From assembly GCA_026197015.1 (NCBI GenBank), contig JAPHRB010000136.1:1-34753 (forward strand): DNA of 34,753 nt, read 5' to 3'. The notes beneath the pieces were generated by a model. That model saw nothing but the letters and a program-made list of their open reading frames with translations. It ran no database searches and was not told where the DNA came from. Each line of letters opens with the position of its first letter. The first letter of the stretch is position 1. Origin of the DNA: Gammaproteobacteria bacterium. Lineage in GTDB: Bacteria > Pseudomonadota > Gammaproteobacteria > SZUA-229. This document shows positions 8,500 through 20,591 of this stretch, in pieces. A program made the translations under genes and the position numbers.

Positions 8500-10545
8500 T
8501 TAAACTTTAAACTTGCTTGCTACAGTATGTAGATTAGTACTTAACTGAGCAAGGTCAGCGCTTGCTGATGTTATTTGTTTGGAACCAGCTGCTGTTTCAT
8601 TTGAGATATCAGAAATATTTGTAATATTACGGTTTATTTCTTCTGCTGTCGCACTTTGTTCTTCTGCAGCGCTGGCTATTTGAATGCTCATGTCATTTAT
8701 CTGTTCTACGGCTTTAGATATGGCTCCTAAAGATGTGCCGGCTTTTGATGCTTGTTCAACTACGGCTTGTATTTCTTTACGGCTCTTGTTCATGGCATTA
8801 ACTACATTTCTTGAACCACTTTGTAGTTTTTCTATGACCTGATTTATCTCTTCAGTTGATTTCTGTGTGCGACCTGCCAGTGTTCTCACTTCATCTGCAA
8901 CAACAGCAAAACCGCGACCCTGTTCACCCGCACGTGCAGCTTCAATGGCTGCATTTAAGGCGAGTAAATTAGTTTGTTCAGCCACACTTTTAATAACATC
9001 AAGAACAGCATTGATGTTGTCGCTATCCTGCTCTAATTCGTGAATACTATCAGCCGTGCCATCTAAATGCTGAGCAAGTTCCTGAACTGCAGTGATAACA
9101 TCATCAACATCTTTTTTCCCTTGTACTGTTTCTGTATTGGCTTCTTCTGCTGCGTTAGCAGTGCCTGAAATGTTTCTACTGACTTCAAGCACTGTTGAGC
9201 TCATCTCATTCATTGCTGCAGCTACTTGTTCCGTTTGAGACTGTTGCTCAAGAATTCTGTCGCTAGTTTGTTGGGAAGTGGCGGACAGTTCTTCTGACGC
9301 GCTAGCAACCTGATTTACAGAGTTTGTGATTTGTTGGACAATGTTACTAATCCCATTAGACATTTCATTGATAGCAGCGGATAGTTCAGTAAGTTCATCG
9401 TTTCCACTTAGTTTTAATTCCTCACCAGTAAGGTCACCATTAGCAATACTTTTAGCTCGGTCGACGACTGTAGTAAGTCGAGAAGTAATCATGCGGCTAA
9501 TAAGTACTGAAATTACAATACCTAGTCCTATGCTAATTAATGATCCCAGTATTAATACTGTTTTCATTGATGTGTTTTCTTTATTTAGTAAAGCTTTATC
9601 AATACTGGCTAGTTTGTCCTGTGATTCACGCATTTGTTTTAATATTTGCATGATGCTTTTAGCTTTTGGTGCGGCTTCTGTTTCTAGCCAGTAATTGGCC
9701 AGATTCCAGTTTTTAGCTGAGCGTAATGAAAACATTTTTGCAGGTAATGGTGCGAAACTTGCTCTTGAGGTTTTATAGTTATTCCAGAATGTTTTTTGTT
9801 TTTCATTAAATAAACTACTTATTTTAGAAATTTGTCCAAATCGAGCTTCATTTACCTTCCATTTTGATTTGAAGTTATTTGCAAATGTCATATCACCAGT
9901 AAGCAGGTATGCTCGAATATTCGCCAGGCCAAGAGCAAATGAGCCTCTGCTATCGGCAAGTAGTTTCAATAAGTGTTTGCGTTGAGTGGTTGCGGGTAAA
10001 TATGATTCTTCATTGATTAATGAAGTTATCGCATTAATGACCTCTTTAGCTTTTGGTGCTGCTTCTGATAAGAGTAAATTAAATGAAGGTATATTTTCGG
10101 AGGTGTGAGAAATATCTTCTATTTTCTGTTGCTTCTGGCGAAATATGCTTATATGTTTTTTTACTTCATTGAGTCTGTTAATGTTTTCAGGATTTGTCCA
10201 ATGAGAGGAGAATTCATCCATCTGATTAATGGCTGTATCAATAAGCTCCCAACCTCGCAATCGTTCAGCTTTGAATTTTTGAGCGCTGACTTCGTTTTCG
10301 CCAAGAATCATGTAACCACGTAGTCCGGCCAGAGTAAGGTGTATCCCATCTGATATCTGTAAGCCCGCAAGTACGCTTGGTAGGCGTAAATCAACTAATC
10401 TATGCTGTACTTTCTGTGTGTTGTTTAAGGAGGTTAAGCTATTAATGGAGGCTAATGCGGTTAAAATTAGTATCAGACCGAAGCCCGCAAATAGTTTATT
10501 TTGAATTGTTATTTTTATAGGTCTACCATTAAAAAAATTTATCAC
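8500..10545 (-). CDS. methyl-accepting chemotaxis protein with large periplasmic sensor, HAMP and signalling domain
   Basis: TM1 ([17 protein letters not shown]), periplasmic domain of roughly 290 aa, TM2, HAMP (IANGDLT...DELTEL), hairpin tip [36 protein letters not shown]; exact start (GTG 10545) uncertain. Confidence 0.95.
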   Translation of the reverse strand: MINFFNGRPIKITIQNKLFAGFGLILILTALASINSLTSLNNTQKVQHRLVDLRLPSVLAGLQISDGIHLTLAGLRGYMILGENEVSAQKFKAERLRGWELIDTAINQMDEFSSHWTNPENINRLNEVKKHISIFRQKQQKIEDISHTSENIPSFNLLLSEAAPKAKEVINAITSLINEESYLPATTQRKHLLKLLADSRGSFALGLANIRAYLLTGDMTFANNFKSKWKVNEARFGQISKISSLFNEKQKTFWNNYKTSRASFAPLPAKMFSLRSAKNWNLANYWLETEAAPKAKSIMQILKQMRESQDKLASIDKALLNKENTSMKTVLILGSLISIGLGIVISVLISRMITSRLTTVVDRAKSIANGDLTGEELKLSGNDELTELSAAINEMSNGISNIVQQITNSVNQVASASEELSATSQQTSDRILEQQSQTEQVAAAMNEMSSTVLEVSRNISGTANAAEEANTETVQGKKDVDDVITAVQELAQHLDGTADSIHELEQDSDNINAVLDVIKSVAEQTNLLALNAAIEAARAGEQGRGFAVVADEVRTLAGRTQKSTEEINQVIEKLQSGSRNVVNAMNKSRKEIQAVVEQASKAGTSLGAISKAVEQINDMSIQIASAAEEQSATAEEINRNITNISDISNETAAGSKQITSASADLAQLSTNLHTVASKFKV

Positions 10546-10859
10546 GCTAAAGCATCATCCAGAATATTGGGTTAAAAGCTAAATATTAGCCTTATAAATA
10601 ATAACCTTAATTAAAGTATGTATTATGATTTTGTCAAATTAAATGACAGATTTATCAACTTTCATTAATGTGATGTTTTTATTGAGCTTTATTTAAATTA
10701 GATTATTATTAATCACTAATGCATTTGTTTTTTTTATGATTTAAATACAATTCGAAATTTTATTGAGTAGTGGCTAGAGGGTATTATTTGTTTTTGGTAT
10801 TATAATAAGCTTCACTTATCGTGAGATACACATAATATGTGATGACATGAGCATATTTA

Positions 10860-10889
10860 TTGACTAAAGTCAGTGCTGCAAACCATAAT
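10860..10889 (+). promoter_or_regulatory. candidate nuo promoter with an FNR/CRP-family-like dyad over the -35
   Basis: TTGACT-18 bp-CATAAT; TTGAC-TAAA-GTCAG dyad at 10860-10873. Confidence 0.4.
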
Positions 10890-10932
10890 AAGAGCTTTGC
10901 CTCGTCATTATTGACTGTGAGAAAACAATAAA

Positions 10933-11292
10933 ATGCTCGAAAATTACATACCTGTTTTAATTTTTATTGCTGTTGGTTTATTCGTTGGTGTCGCTATGAT
11001 TGCGCTGGGCGGATTTATTCTTGCTCCTAGCAAACCTGATGAAGTAAAAAATTCCCCTTATGAATGCGGTTTTTCTGCATTTGAAGATGCACGTTTGAAG
11101 TTTGATGTGCGCTTTTATCTGGTTGCAATTCTGTTTATTATTTTTGATCTGGAAATTGCATTTCTATTCCCCTGGGCTATTGTGCTTGAGGATATTGGAA
11201 TATTCGGCATAGTGGCTATGGGAATATTTCTTGGAATACTGGTAATTGGATTTATATATGAGTGGAAAAAAGGGGCGCTAGAATGGGAATAG
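10933..11292 (+). CDS. nuoA: NADH-quinone oxidoreductase subunit A
   Basis: [36 protein letters not shown]. Confidence 0.97.
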   Translation: MLENYIPVLIFIAVGLFVGVAMIALGGFILAPSKPDEVKNSPYECGFSAFEDARLKFDVRFYLVAILFIIFDLEIAFLFPWAIVLEDIGIFGIVAMGIFLGILVIGFIYEWKKGALEWE

Positions 11293-11765
11293 AAGGCATT
11301 CTGGACAAAGGTTTTGTCACCACGTCAGTTGATAGCGTTGTTAACTGGGCACGTACCGGTTCAATGTGGCCAATGACGTTTGGTTTGGCATGTTGTGCGG
11401 TTGAAATGATGCAGGCTGGTGCCTCCCGTTATGATCTTGATCGATTCGGTATTATTTTCCGTGGTTCACCTCGACAGTCTGATGTAATGATTGTTGCCGG
11501 CACCTTAACGAATAAAATGGCTCCTGCGTTACGTAAAGTGTATGACCAGATGCCGGAGCCGCGTTGGGTTATATCCATGGGGTCATGTGCTAACGGCGGT
11601 GGTTATTATCATTACTCCTATTCAGTAGTCAGGGGCTGCGACAGAATTATCCCGGTAGATATTTATGTGCCAGGTTGCCCGCCAACGGCAGAAGCATTGA
11701 TTTATGGAATAATTCAATTGCAAAATAAAATTAAACGCACTTGTACTATTGCTCGACAGGCTTAA
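11283..11765 (+). CDS. nuoB: NADH-quinone oxidoreductase subunit B
   Basis: [29 protein letters not shown] (N2 ligands); start moved to ATG 11283 overlapping the nuoA end. Confidence 0.97.
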   Translation: MGIEGILDKGFVTTSVDSVVNWARTGSMWPMTFGLACCAVEMMQAGASRYDLDRFGIIFRGSPRQSDVMIVAGTLTNKMAPALRKVYDQMPEPRWVISMGSCANGGGYYHYSYSVVRGCDRIIPVDIYVPGCPPTAEALIYGIIQLQNKIKRTCTIARQA

Positions 11766-12490
11766 TGAATATGACGGCAATTGAAAAACTATCAGAGCAA
11801 CTTGATCAGGTTTTTACTTCTAAATTACAAAGTAAGAAACTGGAGCTGGGTGAGATTACTATTGAAGTAAGCGCAGATGATTATTTAACGGTTTGTAAAC
11901 AACTGCATGATAATGAGTCTTTTGCTTTTGAAATTCTTATTGATTTATGCGGTATAGATTATTCCGCTTATGGTCAGGACGAATGGAAAACGGATGCCTC
12001 TGCAAATGGTTTCAGTCGGGGTGTAGAGAGTGCTCAGCATGGCCGTTTAAAATTTGGTGATGAGTTGCCCGAAAACGAAAATAGCGGCAAACGCTTCGCG
12101 GTTATAGTGCATTTATTATCGATTAAAAATAATCAACGGTTACGCGTTCGAGTATTTGCTGAAGATGATGCGTACCCTGTTGTTAAGTCAGTAGTTGATA
12201 TCTGGAATGGTGTTAACTGGTTTGAACGTGAAGCGTTTGATTTATTCGGTATCCATTTTGATGGGCACCCTGATTTACGACGCATTCTCACCGATTATGG
12301 TTTTGTGGGTCACCCCTTTAGAAAAGATTTCCCTTTATCGGGTAACGTTGAAATGCGTTATGACGAAGAGCAAAAACGTGTTGTATATGAACCGGTGAGT
12401 ATTGAACCTCGAGTACTGGTTCCACGTGTCATCAGAGAAAATAAAAAACATCAAAACCTGTCTGCTAATGAACTGGAAAGTGAAGATTAA
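11765..12490 (+). CDS. nuoC: NADH-quinone oxidoreductase subunit C
   Basis: [40 protein letters not shown]; TAATG coupling to nuoB (alternative ATG 11771). Confidence 0.96.
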   Translation: MNMTAIEKLSEQLDQVFTSKLQSKKLELGEITIEVSADDYLTVCKQLHDNESFAFEILIDLCGIDYSAYGQDEWKTDASANGFSRGVESAQHGRLKFGDELPENENSGKRFAVIVHLLSIKNNQRLRVRVFAEDDAYPVVKSVVDIWNGVNWFEREAFDLFGIHFDGHPDLRRILTDYGFVGHPFRKDFPLSGNVEMRYDEEQKRVVYEPVSIEPRVLVPRVIRENKKHQNLSANELESED

Positions 12491-12492
12491 AC

Positions 12493-13746
12493 ATGCCTGA
12501 AATTCGCAACTATACATTGAATTTTGGCCCTCAGCATCCAGCAGCCCATGGCGTATTACGTTTGATACTGGAAATGGATGGAGAGGTTATTCAGCGAGCA
12601 GACCCGCATATTGGTTTGTTGCATCGAGCAACGGAAAAGCTGGCTGAGTCAAAACCTTATAATCAAAGCATTGGTTATATGGATCGTCTCGATTATGTTT
12701 CCATGATGTGTAATGAACACGGTTATATTTTGGCATTAGAAAAATTACTTGGTGTAGAAGTCCCTGAACGTGCGCAATATATTCGCGTTATGTTTGATGA
12801 AATCACCCGGCTTTTAAATCATTTGTTATGGATTGGTGCTCATGGTTTAGATGTGGGGGCGATGACAATGTTTTTATACGCTTTCCGTGAACGTGAAGAT
12901 TTAATGGATGTATACGAAGCGGTTTCTGGCGCACGTTTACATGCTACTTATTATCGTCCGGGTGGAGTCGCGCGTGACCTGCCTGATTCAATGCCTCAAT
13001 ACAAAGCATCTAAATGGCACAGTCAGAAAGAAGTTAATAGATTAAATGATACCCGTAGTGGTTCATTGCTTGATTTTATTGAAGACTTTACAAAACGTTT
13101 TCCAACTTATGTAGATGAGTATGAAACGCTATTAACCGATAATCGAATCTGGAAGCAGCGTTTAGTTGATATTGCGATTGTTTCACCCGAGCGTGCGATG
13201 CAATTAGGTTTTACGGGTCCCATGTTACGTGGTTCTGGTGTTGAGTGGGATTTACGAAAAAAACAGCCTTATGCTGTCTACGATAAAATGGATTTTGATA
13301 TTCCTGTGGGTACCAATGGTGATTCTTATGATCGTTATCTGGTGCGCATGGAAGAGATGCGACAGTCCAATAGAATTATCAGGCAATGCGTAGACTGGTT
13401 AAGAGTAAACCCCGGCCCAGTACTGGCGCAGGATCATAAAGTAACGCCACCCAGCCGTAAAGAAATGAAAGGTGATATGGAATCGTTGATTCATCACTTT
13501 AAATTATTTACTGAAGGTTTCTGTTTGCCAGAAGGTGAAGCTTATGGTGCAGTTGAGCACCCTAAGGGGGAGTTTGGCGTTTATTTAAATTCAGATGGTG
13601 CGAATAAGCCTTACCGGTTAAAAATTCGTGCCCCGGGTTTTGCCCATTTATCAGCATTAGATGAAATGACCCGCGGACACATGTTATCTGATGTGGTTGC
13701 GGTAATTGGAACACAAGATATCGTATTTGGTGAAATAGACCGATGA
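12493..13746 (+). CDS. nuoD: NADH-quinone oxidoreductase subunit D
   Basis: [40 protein letters not shown]. Confidence 0.98.
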   Translation: MPEIRNYTLNFGPQHPAAHGVLRLILEMDGEVIQRADPHIGLLHRATEKLAESKPYNQSIGYMDRLDYVSMMCNEHGYILALEKLLGVEVPERAQYIRVMFDEITRLLNHLLWIGAHGLDVGAMTMFLYAFREREDLMDVYEAVSGARLHATYYRPGGVARDLPDSMPQYKASKWHSQKEVNRLNDTRSGSLLDFIEDFTKRFPTYVDEYETLLTDNRIWKQRLVDIAIVSPERAMQLGFTGPMLRGSGVEWDLRKKQPYAVYDKMDFDIPVGTNGDSYDRYLVRMEEMRQSNRIIRQCVDWLRVNPGPVLAQDHKVTPPSRKEMKGDMESLIHHFKLFTEGFCLPEGEAYGAVEHPKGEFGVYLNSDGANKPYRLKIRAPGFAHLSALDEMTRGHMLSDVVAVIGTQDIVFGEIDR

Positions 13747-14237
13747 GTACAGACGAACAAGTTTTATCAGCACATACATTAGAAGAAATTGCAGAGTGGG
13801 AATCTCGATACCCGCCTGAGCATAAAAAATCTGCATTGCTGGCTGCTTTGACTGCGGCGCAACATCAAAACAAAGGTTTTTTAACTGTGCCTATAATGGA
13901 CGCAGTAGCGAAAAGACTGGAGTTGTCAAAAATAGAAGTTTATGAAGTGGCTAGCTTCTATTCAATGTATGAATTAAACCCGGTTGGTAGAAATAATGTA
14001 GCAGTCTGTACCAATGTCTGTTGCATGCTGATGGGGTCGGATACGATTGTAAGTCACCTTGAAAAAAAGCTGGGTATTAAATTAGGTGAAAGTACAGATG
14101 ACGGTCGGATCTATTTAAAAGTTGAAGAAGAATGTCTTGCAGCTTGTGCCGGTGGCCCAATGATGCAGGTTAATCATAAATATTATACTGAGCTCACTAT
14201 TGATAAAGTAGATGAGATCATTGACGGGCTGGATTAG
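13743..14237 (+). CDS. nuoE: NADH-quinone oxidoreductase subunit E
   Basis: [15 protein letters not shown]...ECLAAC 2Fe-2S ligands; ATGA overlap with nuoD. Confidence 0.96.
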   Translation: MSTDEQVLSAHTLEEIAEWESRYPPEHKKSALLAALTAAQHQNKGFLTVPIMDAVAKRLELSKIEVYEVASFYSMYELNPVGRNNVAVCTNVCCMLMGSDTIVSHLEKKLGIKLGESTDDGRIYLKVEEECLAACAGGPMMQVNHKYYTELTIDKVDEIIDGLD

Positions 14238-14253
14238 ATTATGGTGATTGGGC

Positions 14254-15540
14254 ATGGCTAACGAAGTTTGCTACGCAACGCTGCAATTTGAAAGCGAGCA
14301 ATGGTCCTATGAAAACTATCTAAAGGTAGGCGGTTATCAGGCATGGAATAAAATCCTTGAGGAAAAACTGTCACCAGAAGATGTTATTGAAATTGTAAAA
14401 GCCTCGGGTTTGCGTGGTCGTGGTGGAGCAGGTTTTCCTACCGGATTGAAATGGAGCTTTATGCCGCGTAATGCACCGGTGCAGAAATATATTGTGTGTA
14501 ATTCAGATGAATCTGAACCGGGTACCTGCAAAGATAGAGATATTTTACGATTTAACCCCCATGCACTAGTTGAAGGTATGCTTATTGCGGGTTACTGCAT
14601 TGGCGCCACGGTTGGTTACAACTATATGCGCGGTGAGTTTATGGATGAGGTTTATGAGCGCTTTTCAGATGCCGTTAAAGAAGCTTATGAGCATGGCTAC
14701 TTAGGTAAAAATATTAATGGCTCAGGTGTTGATTTTGATTTGTATCCAACACTTGGTGCTGGCGCTTATATTTGTGGTGAAGAAACTGCCTTATTAGAAT
14801 CATTAGAAGGTAAAAAAGGTCAGCCAAGATTCAAACCGCCATTCCCGGCTAATGTCGGTTTGTATGGTAAACCGACAACCATAAATAATACTGAATCATT
14901 AGCATCTGTGCCAAGCATTGTGCGTGAAGGCGCTGAATGGTTTAAGGCTTTTGGTGTTGAAAATTCCGGTGGGACTAAATGTTTTTCTGTTTCAGGCCAT
15001 GTGCAAAAACCCGGTAACTTCGAAGTAAATATGGGGCTGCCATTTAAGGAATTATTAGAACTTGCTGGTGGTGTTACTGAAGGGAGACAGTTAAAAGCGG
15101 TTATTCCCGGTGGCTCTTCGGTGCCTGTTGTGCCAGCAGAAATTATGCTTGAAGCCAATATGGATTACGACTCAATTACTAAAGCGGGTTCTATGTTAGG
15201 TTCCGGTGCGTTAATCATAATGGATGACAGCACCGACATGGTAAAAGTACTGCAACGTTTATCACGCTTTTATTTTTCTGAGTCCTGTGGTCAATGTACA
15301 CCTTGTCGTGAAGGTACAGGCTGGTTGTATCGAATGCTGACACGTATTGTTGAAGGCAAAGGTGAACTTGAAGATTTAGATCGACTAGATGATGTTGCTG
15401 CAAAAATTGAAGGCCGTACCATTTGTGCATTGGGTGATGCCGCCGCTATGCCGGTAAGAAGTTTTATTAAACATTATCGTGAAGAATTTGAATACTACAT
15501 TGAACACAAGTGTTCCATGATCGACGGAGCGGGCAAATAA
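14254..15540 (+). CDS. nuoF: NADH-quinone oxidoreductase subunit F
   Basis: [47 protein letters not shown]; start moved to ATG 14254. Confidence 0.97.
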   Translation: MANEVCYATLQFESEQWSYENYLKVGGYQAWNKILEEKLSPEDVIEIVKASGLRGRGGAGFPTGLKWSFMPRNAPVQKYIVCNSDESEPGTCKDRDILRFNPHALVEGMLIAGYCIGATVGYNYMRGEFMDEVYERFSDAVKEAYEHGYLGKNINGSGVDFDLYPTLGAGAYICGEETALLESLEGKKGQPRFKPPFPANVGLYGKPTTINNTESLASVPSIVREGAEWFKAFGVENSGGTKCFSVSGHVQKPGNFEVNMGLPFKELLELAGGVTEGRQLKAVIPGGSSVPVVPAEIMLEANMDYDSITKAGSMLGSGALIIMDDSTDMVKVLQRLSRFYFSESCGQCTPCREGTGWLYRMLTRIVEGKGELEDLDRLDDVAAKIEGRTICALGDAAAMPVRSFIKHYREEFEYYIEHKCSMIDGAGK

Positions 15541-17912
15541 TGTCAGAAGATATCGTTACATTTACCGTTGATGATGTTGAGCTAACTGCACCGAAAGGTT
15601 CAATGTTGATACAGGCAACGGATAAAGCGGGAATTCATATTCCGCGTTTTTGTTATCATGAAAAATTATCAGTAGCCGCTAACTGTCGTATGTGTCTGGT
15701 TGATGTTGAAAAAGCTCCTAAACCTATGCCTGCTTGTGCCACGCCAATTATGGAAGGCATGATTGTTCATACACAATCGGCTAAAGCGGTAGAAGCACAA
15801 AAATCAGTAATGGAGTTTTTATTGATTAATCATCCGTTAGACTGTCCTATTTGTGATCAGGGCGGTGAATGTGAGTTACAGGATTTATCTGTGGCTTACG
15901 GCGGTGATCATTCTCAGTACACAGATATTAAACGTGTTGTGTTTGATAAGGATATTGGTCCATTAATTCAAACAGAATTAACGCGTTGTATTCAATGTAC
16001 TCGATGTGTACGTTTTGGTGAAGAAATTGCAGGCATGCGTGAACTGGGTATGACTGATCGTGGAGATCGTGCGGTAATTGGTACGTTTATTTCCAAGAGT
16101 GTTGACTCAGAAATGTCTGGCAACGTGATTGATATATGTCCGGTCGGCGCATTAACTGCAAAACCTTCAAGGTTTAGTGGTCGCTCATGGGAGATGATGC
16201 AACATGCAGCTGTATCTCCGCATGATTCAGTAGGTTCAAATTTATTCCTGCATACCCTCGATGGTAAAGTAAATCGTGTGGTGCCTCGTGCAAACGAATC
16301 CATTAACGAAGTATGGATTTCAGACCGTGATCGTTTTAGTTATCAGGGGTTGCACTCAGACGATCGTGCTACTCGGCCAATGATGAAGTTAAATGGTGAG
16401 TGGATAGAAACAGACTGGAATACGGCGCTCAAATATGCCGTTGATGGTTTACAGGCAGTTATTAAAGAAAACTCAGCTGATGAGTTAGCGTGTTGGGTAT
16501 CTCCAAATGCAACCGTAGAAGAACAATTTTTAGCGCAAAAATTAATGCGTGGTTTAGGTAGTAATAACATTGACCACCGTTTAAGACAAACAGATTTTAC
16601 CGATCAGGATTTTGCACCAGTAATGCCCTGGATTGGTAACGATATAGAGTCTATAGAACGTCTGGAAGCCATTTTATTAGTGGGTTCTCATGTGCGTAAA
16701 GAACAGCCGCTTATAGCTCATCGTTTTATAAAAGCCTCTAGACATCATCAGGTGAAAATTTCTGCTGTTAATCCACGTAAATTCAATTGGCGTTTTAAAA
16801 TCAGCAATGAATTAATATCATCGGCAGAAGGTATGGTTGAAAACCTCGCGGCAATTGCTAAAGCGGCTGGTGCGGAGCAGGTAAATGTATCTGAACTTAT
16901 CAACAGCTCTGTTGTTGATGAAAGCCATAAAGCTATTGCTGAAGAATTAAAAACAGCAGGTAGTGTGGCGACTATTTTCATCGGAAATATTGCGGTACAA
17001 CATCCGCAGTTTTCAACGTTACGCGCTTTAAGTCATGCAATAGCAAAACAAACAGGTGCAACTCTGGCTTACTTGCCAGAAGCGGCAAATGTGGCTGGTG
17101 CCTGGTTAGCGGGAAGTCTGCCGCACCGTTTTGCGGGTGGATCAAGAACTAATTCTGCAGGCGCTAATATCGCAGAGATGGTGGCCTCTCCAAAGAAAGC
17201 GTTAATATTGTTTAATATAGAGCCAGAGTTTGATGTCGCCAACCCGGCGAAAGCGATGGATGCAGTTGATGCCGCTGATTTTAAAATCGTTATAAATAAC
17301 TATGCCAGCGAAACGATGAAAGATTATGCGGATGTAATTTTGCCTCTAGCTGCTTTTAGCGAAACCTCAGGTACTTATGTTAATGCTGAAGGTTTCTGGC
17401 AAAGTTTTAAAGGTGCTACCTCTGCTTTAGCTGAGTCGCGACCTGGCTGGAAAATTTTACGTGTGCTTGCGAACTTAATGAAAGTTGATGGTTTTGAATA
17501 TATGTCTTCTGAAGAAGTGCGTAATGAAGTGAAAGAGCAATGTCGTGATATTCAGTTAGATAATACTCTGGCAGGAGATTCGCCGGTTGCCGATGTTCCA
17601 GAAACGAGCGGTTTACAGCGTGTTGGCGATGTTTCGTTATATGCAGTAGATTCACTGGTTAGGCGTTCTACAGCATTACAGCTGACGAAAGATGCAGATC
17701 AAAATCATGTGGCAATTAATTCCGTGTTGGCTGCAAGATTAAAACTTGAAGAAGGTGATAGAGTATCGGTTACTCAGTCTGGCCATTGTGAGCTGACGGA
17801 TATTAAAATTGATAATGCAATAGCTGATGATTGTGTCTGGTTAGCTGCATCTGAGGAGTTAAGTATTCAAATGGGTACGACCTATTCACCGATTGAGTTG
17901 GAGAAGGCCTGA
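15540..17912 (+). CDS. nuoG: NADH-quinone oxidoreductase subunit G
   Basis: [46 protein letters not shown]; TAATG coupling to nuoF. Confidence 0.97.
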   Translation: MSEDIVTFTVDDVELTAPKGSMLIQATDKAGIHIPRFCYHEKLSVAANCRMCLVDVEKAPKPMPACATPIMEGMIVHTQSAKAVEAQKSVMEFLLINHPLDCPICDQGGECELQDLSVAYGGDHSQYTDIKRVVFDKDIGPLIQTELTRCIQCTRCVRFGEEIAGMRELGMTDRGDRAVIGTFISKSVDSEMSGNVIDICPVGALTAKPSRFSGRSWEMMQHAAVSPHDSVGSNLFLHTLDGKVNRVVPRANESINEVWISDRDRFSYQGLHSDDRATRPMMKLNGEWIETDWNTALKYAVDGLQAVIKENSADELACWVSPNATVEEQFLAQKLMRGLGSNNIDHRLRQTDFTDQDFAPVMPWIGNDIESIERLEAILLVGSHVRKEQPLIAHRFIKASRHHQVKISAVNPRKFNWRFKISNELISSAEGMVENLAAIAKAAGAEQVNVSELINSSVVDESHKAIAEELKTAGSVATIFIGNIAVQHPQFSTLRALSHAIAKQTGATLAYLPEAANVAGAWLAGSLPHRFAGGSRTNSAGANIAEMVASPKKALILFNIEPEFDVANPAKAMDAVDAADFKIVINNYASETMKDYADVILPLAAFSETSGTYVNAEGFWQSFKGATSALAESRPGWKILRVLANLMKVDGFEYMSSEEVRNEVKEQCRDIQLDNTLAGDSPVADVPETSGLQRVGDVSLYAVDSLVRRSTALQLTKDADQNHVAINSVLAARLKLEEGDRVSVTQSGHCELTDIKIDNAIADDCVWLAASEELSIQMGTTYSPIELEKA

Positions 17913-17914
17913 TT

Positions 17915-19012
17915 ATGGAGTGGTTATTCTCATTAGCACCTGATTTTATGGTTGATTTCTGGAACTGGTTACCTCAGTGGATACAGGTGTTAGCTGAGAA
18001 CCTGTTATACATTGTTTTAATTATGGTTCCACTGATGTTGTGTGTTGCTTATGTAACCTATGCCGAAAGAAAAATAATCGGTTATATGCAGGTTCGTTTA
18101 GGTCCCAATAGAGTAGGGCCCAAGGGCTGGTTACAACCAATAGCTGATGCTATAAAATTAATGTTTAAAGAAGTTATTATTCCGACTAACTCGAACAAAT
18201 TTTTATTTTTATTCGCACCCATATTAACGCTTGGCCCTGCATTGGCTGCCTGGGCAGTTATTCCTTTTTTCGAAGGTGTGCAATTATCAAACCTGAATGC
18301 AGGCCTGTTATATATCCTGGCACTCACTTCAATGGGTGTTTATGGTGTCATTATTGCCGGTTGGGCCTCGAACTCAAAATATGCAATTCTGGGCGCGCTC
18401 AGATCGGCTGCGCAGGTAGTGGCATATGAAATTGCCATGGGTTTTGCTCTGGTAGGTGTATTAATGGCCAGCGGTAGTTTAAATCTGGGGGATATTATTG
18501 CGCGTCAGGAAGGCGGTTTTATGAGCTGGTTCTGGTTGCCGTTATTGCCTTTACTTGCTGTTTATTTTATATCGGGTGTTGCTGAAACTAACCGTGCACC
18601 TTTCGATGTTGCCGAAGGCGAGTCAGAAATAGTAGCAGGTTTCCATGTGGACTATTCCGGTATGGCCTTTGCGGTATTCTTTCTTGCTGAATACGCTAAT
18701 ATAATACTTATTGCAGCCCTCACATCTCTGATGTTTTTCGGCGGCTGGATGTCACCTTTTGGCTCTATGGCTGATCATGCTCTATTAGGTGATGGTACGC
18801 ACTGGTTTATTTTAAAAACCATGTTCTTTATCTATATGTTCCTCTGGTTCCGGGCTACCTTCCCAAGATATCGTTATGATCAAATTATGCGTCTGGGCTG
18901 GAAAGTTTTTATTCCTGTAACGATTGTCTGGTTAGTTGTTGAAGCTGTAATGGTTGTAATGCAAGTTGGCCCATGGGCTGTAGATACAGCAGCAAGTGTG
19001 GCGGGAGCATAA
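17915..19012 (+). CDS. nuoH: NADH-quinone oxidoreductase subunit H
   Basis: [41 protein letters not shown]. Confidence 0.97.
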   Translation: MEWLFSLAPDFMVDFWNWLPQWIQVLAENLLYIVLIMVPLMLCVAYVTYAERKIIGYMQVRLGPNRVGPKGWLQPIADAIKLMFKEVIIPTNSNKFLFLFAPILTLGPALAAWAVIPFFEGVQLSNLNAGLLYILALTSMGVYGVIIAGWASNSKYAILGALRSAAQVVAYEIAMGFALVGVLMASGSLNLGDIIARQEGGFMSWFWLPLLPLLAVYFISGVAETNRAPFDVAEGESEIVAGFHVDYSGMAFAVFFLAEYANIILIAALTSLMFFGGWMSPFGSMADHALLGDGTHWFILKTMFFIYMFLWFRATFPRYRYDQIMRLGWKVFIPVTIVWLVVEAVMVVMQVGPWAVDTAASVAGA

Positions 19013-19015
19013 AAA

Positions 19016-19510
19016 ATGACAATGAGAACGATTAAATATTATTTAAAAAGTTTTTTATTCCTGGAATTAGTTAAAGGTTTGATGGTGACGGGTGGTTACC
19101 TCTTTAAAAGAAAGATCACCCTGCAATACCCGGAACAAAAAACGCCAATTTCACCTCGTTTTAGAGGATTGCATGCGCAACGACGTTACGCAAATGGTGA
19201 AGAGCGCTGCATTGCATGTAAGTTATGTGAGGCGGTATGTCCCGCATTAGCAATTACTATAGATGTTGAAGAGCGTGATGATGGTACGCGACGCACATCA
19301 AAATATGATATCGATTTATTCAAATGTATTTATTGCGGCTTTTGTGAAGAGGCCTGCCCCGTTGATGCAATTGTAGAAACGGATGTTTTTGAATACCACT
19401 TTGAAAACCGTGGTGAAAACATTATGACAAAAGATAAATTGCTAGCTGTTGGTGATAAATATGAAGAATCAATAGCCGCAAATCGTGCAGCAGACGCTCC
19501 CTACAGATAA
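19016..19510 (+). CDS. nuoI: NADH-quinone oxidoreductase subunit I
   Basis: Two 4Fe-4S motifs [12 protein letters not shown] and [12 protein letters not shown]. Confidence 0.97.
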   Translation: MTMRTIKYYLKSFLFLELVKGLMVTGGYLFKRKITLQYPEQKTPISPRFRGLHAQRRYANGEERCIACKLCEAVCPALAITIDVEERDDGTRRTSKYDIDLFKCIYCGFCEEACPVDAIVETDVFEYHFENRGENIMTKDKLLAVGDKYEESIAANRAADAPYR

Positions 19511-19580
19511 TGTAGGTTCGAATTTATTCGAGCGGTTAAAGTTTTTAATATCGTAATTTGCAAATAAATTGGCACCGACA
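19511..19580. repeat. GTAG-type REP inverted doublet (REPIN-like), second copy degenerate
   Basis: TGTAGGTTCGAATTTATTCGAGC (19511-19533; GTAG plus palindrome) and reverse-complement copy TGTCGGTGCCAATTTATTTGCAA (19580-19558); 16 of the first 20 positions identical. Confidence 0.6.
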
Positions 19581-19602
19581 AAGAAAGAATTAATAGAAAA
19601 TA

Positions 19603-19642
19603 ATTTGCGTTTATTCGCGTGTATTTGCGGACAAACTGCTTT
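19603..19642. repeat. solo right arm of the 10-bp-periodic intergenic element also found between infB and rbfA
   Basis: ATTTGCGTTTATTCGCGTGTATTTGCGGACAA matches the reverse complement of 31425-31456 at 29/32, followed by ACTGCTTT. Confidence 0.8.
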
Positions 19643-19664
19643 TAATACTTAAGTGGAACAACAC

Positions 19665-20285
19665 ATGACATTTTTTGAAGTCGTCTTTTATGCTTTTTCT
19701 ACCCTAATGGTAGTCGCTGCATTGGGCGTAGTTAGTGCGCGAAACCCTGTACATTCAGTGCTTTTTCTGGTGCTTACATTCTTTGCAAGTTCAGCTATCT
19801 GGTTACTACTGGAAGCAGAGTTTTTAGCTATTACGCTGGTACTGGTTTATGTTGGCGCAGTAATGGTGTTGTTCCTGTTCGTTGTTATGATGCTGGATAT
19901 TAATGTAACCCGCATGCGCGAAGGTTTAATGCGTTATGCGCCATTTGGAATAGCTATTGCTATTTTATTAATCGTGCAAATGGTAATGGTTGTTGGGCCG
20001 GAGCATTTTGGTTTGCTGGCATTCCCTGTGCCTGAATCTCATGCGGCAGATTATAGTAATACTAAAGAGTTAGGGCGTGTTCTTTATACTGATTATGTAT
20101 ATGCGTTTGAACTCGCATCAGTGATTTTGTTAGTTGCGATTGTTGCGGCAATTACATTAACAATGCGTCGTCGCCCAAATACCCGGTATCAAAAGCCGGG
20201 TGCACAAATGAAAGTATTAAAAGAAGATCGTTTGCGGATTATAAAAATGAAGTCGGAAACTATTGAGCCGGAGAATAAGCAGTGA
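19665..20285 (+). CDS. nuoJ: NADH-quinone oxidoreductase subunit J
   Basis: [15 protein letters not shown]...[25 protein letters not shown]; ATG 19665 preferred over GTG 19653. Confidence 0.96.
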   Translation: MTFFEVVFYAFSTLMVVAALGVVSARNPVHSVLFLVLTFFASSAIWLLLEAEFLAITLVLVYVGAVMVLFLFVVMMLDINVTRMREGLMRYAPFGIAIAILLIVQMVMVVGPEHFGLLAFPVPESHAADYSNTKELGRVLYTDYVYAFELASVILLVAIVAAITLTMRRRPNTRYQKPGAQMKVLKEDRLRIIKMKSETIEPENKQ

Positions 20286-20587
20286 TCCCTTTATCTAGTT
20301 ACCTCATTCTAGGCGCGATACTTTTCTCAATTAGTATTGCAGGTATATTTATTAATCGAAAAAATGTCATCGTGCTTCTAATGTGCATTGAATTAATGTT
20401 ACTCGCGGTTAATATAAACTTTATCGCTTTCTCGCATTTTTTAGGCGATACGGCAGGTCAGGTATTTGTTTTCTTTATTCTCACGGTAGCTGCAGCTGAA
20501 GCAGCCATTGGTCTTGCGATTCTCGTTGTCGTATTCCGTAACCGACAGACAATAAATGTGTCTGAACTGAATACGCTTAAGGGTTAG
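20282..20587 (+). CDS. nuoK: NADH-quinone oxidoreductase subunit K
   Basis: [20 protein letters not shown]; GTGA overlap with nuoJ. Confidence 0.97.
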   Translation: MIPLSSYLILGAILFSISIAGIFINRKNVIVLLMCIELMLLAVNINFIAFSHFLGDTAGQVFVFFILTVAAAEAAIGLAILVVVFRNRQTINVSELNTLKG

Positions 20588-20591
20588 AAAG

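Noticed and set aside
8442-10932. Integrative element at tRNA-Leu
   Set aside because: No integrase, and I found no repeat of the tRNA 3' end beyond the MCP gene
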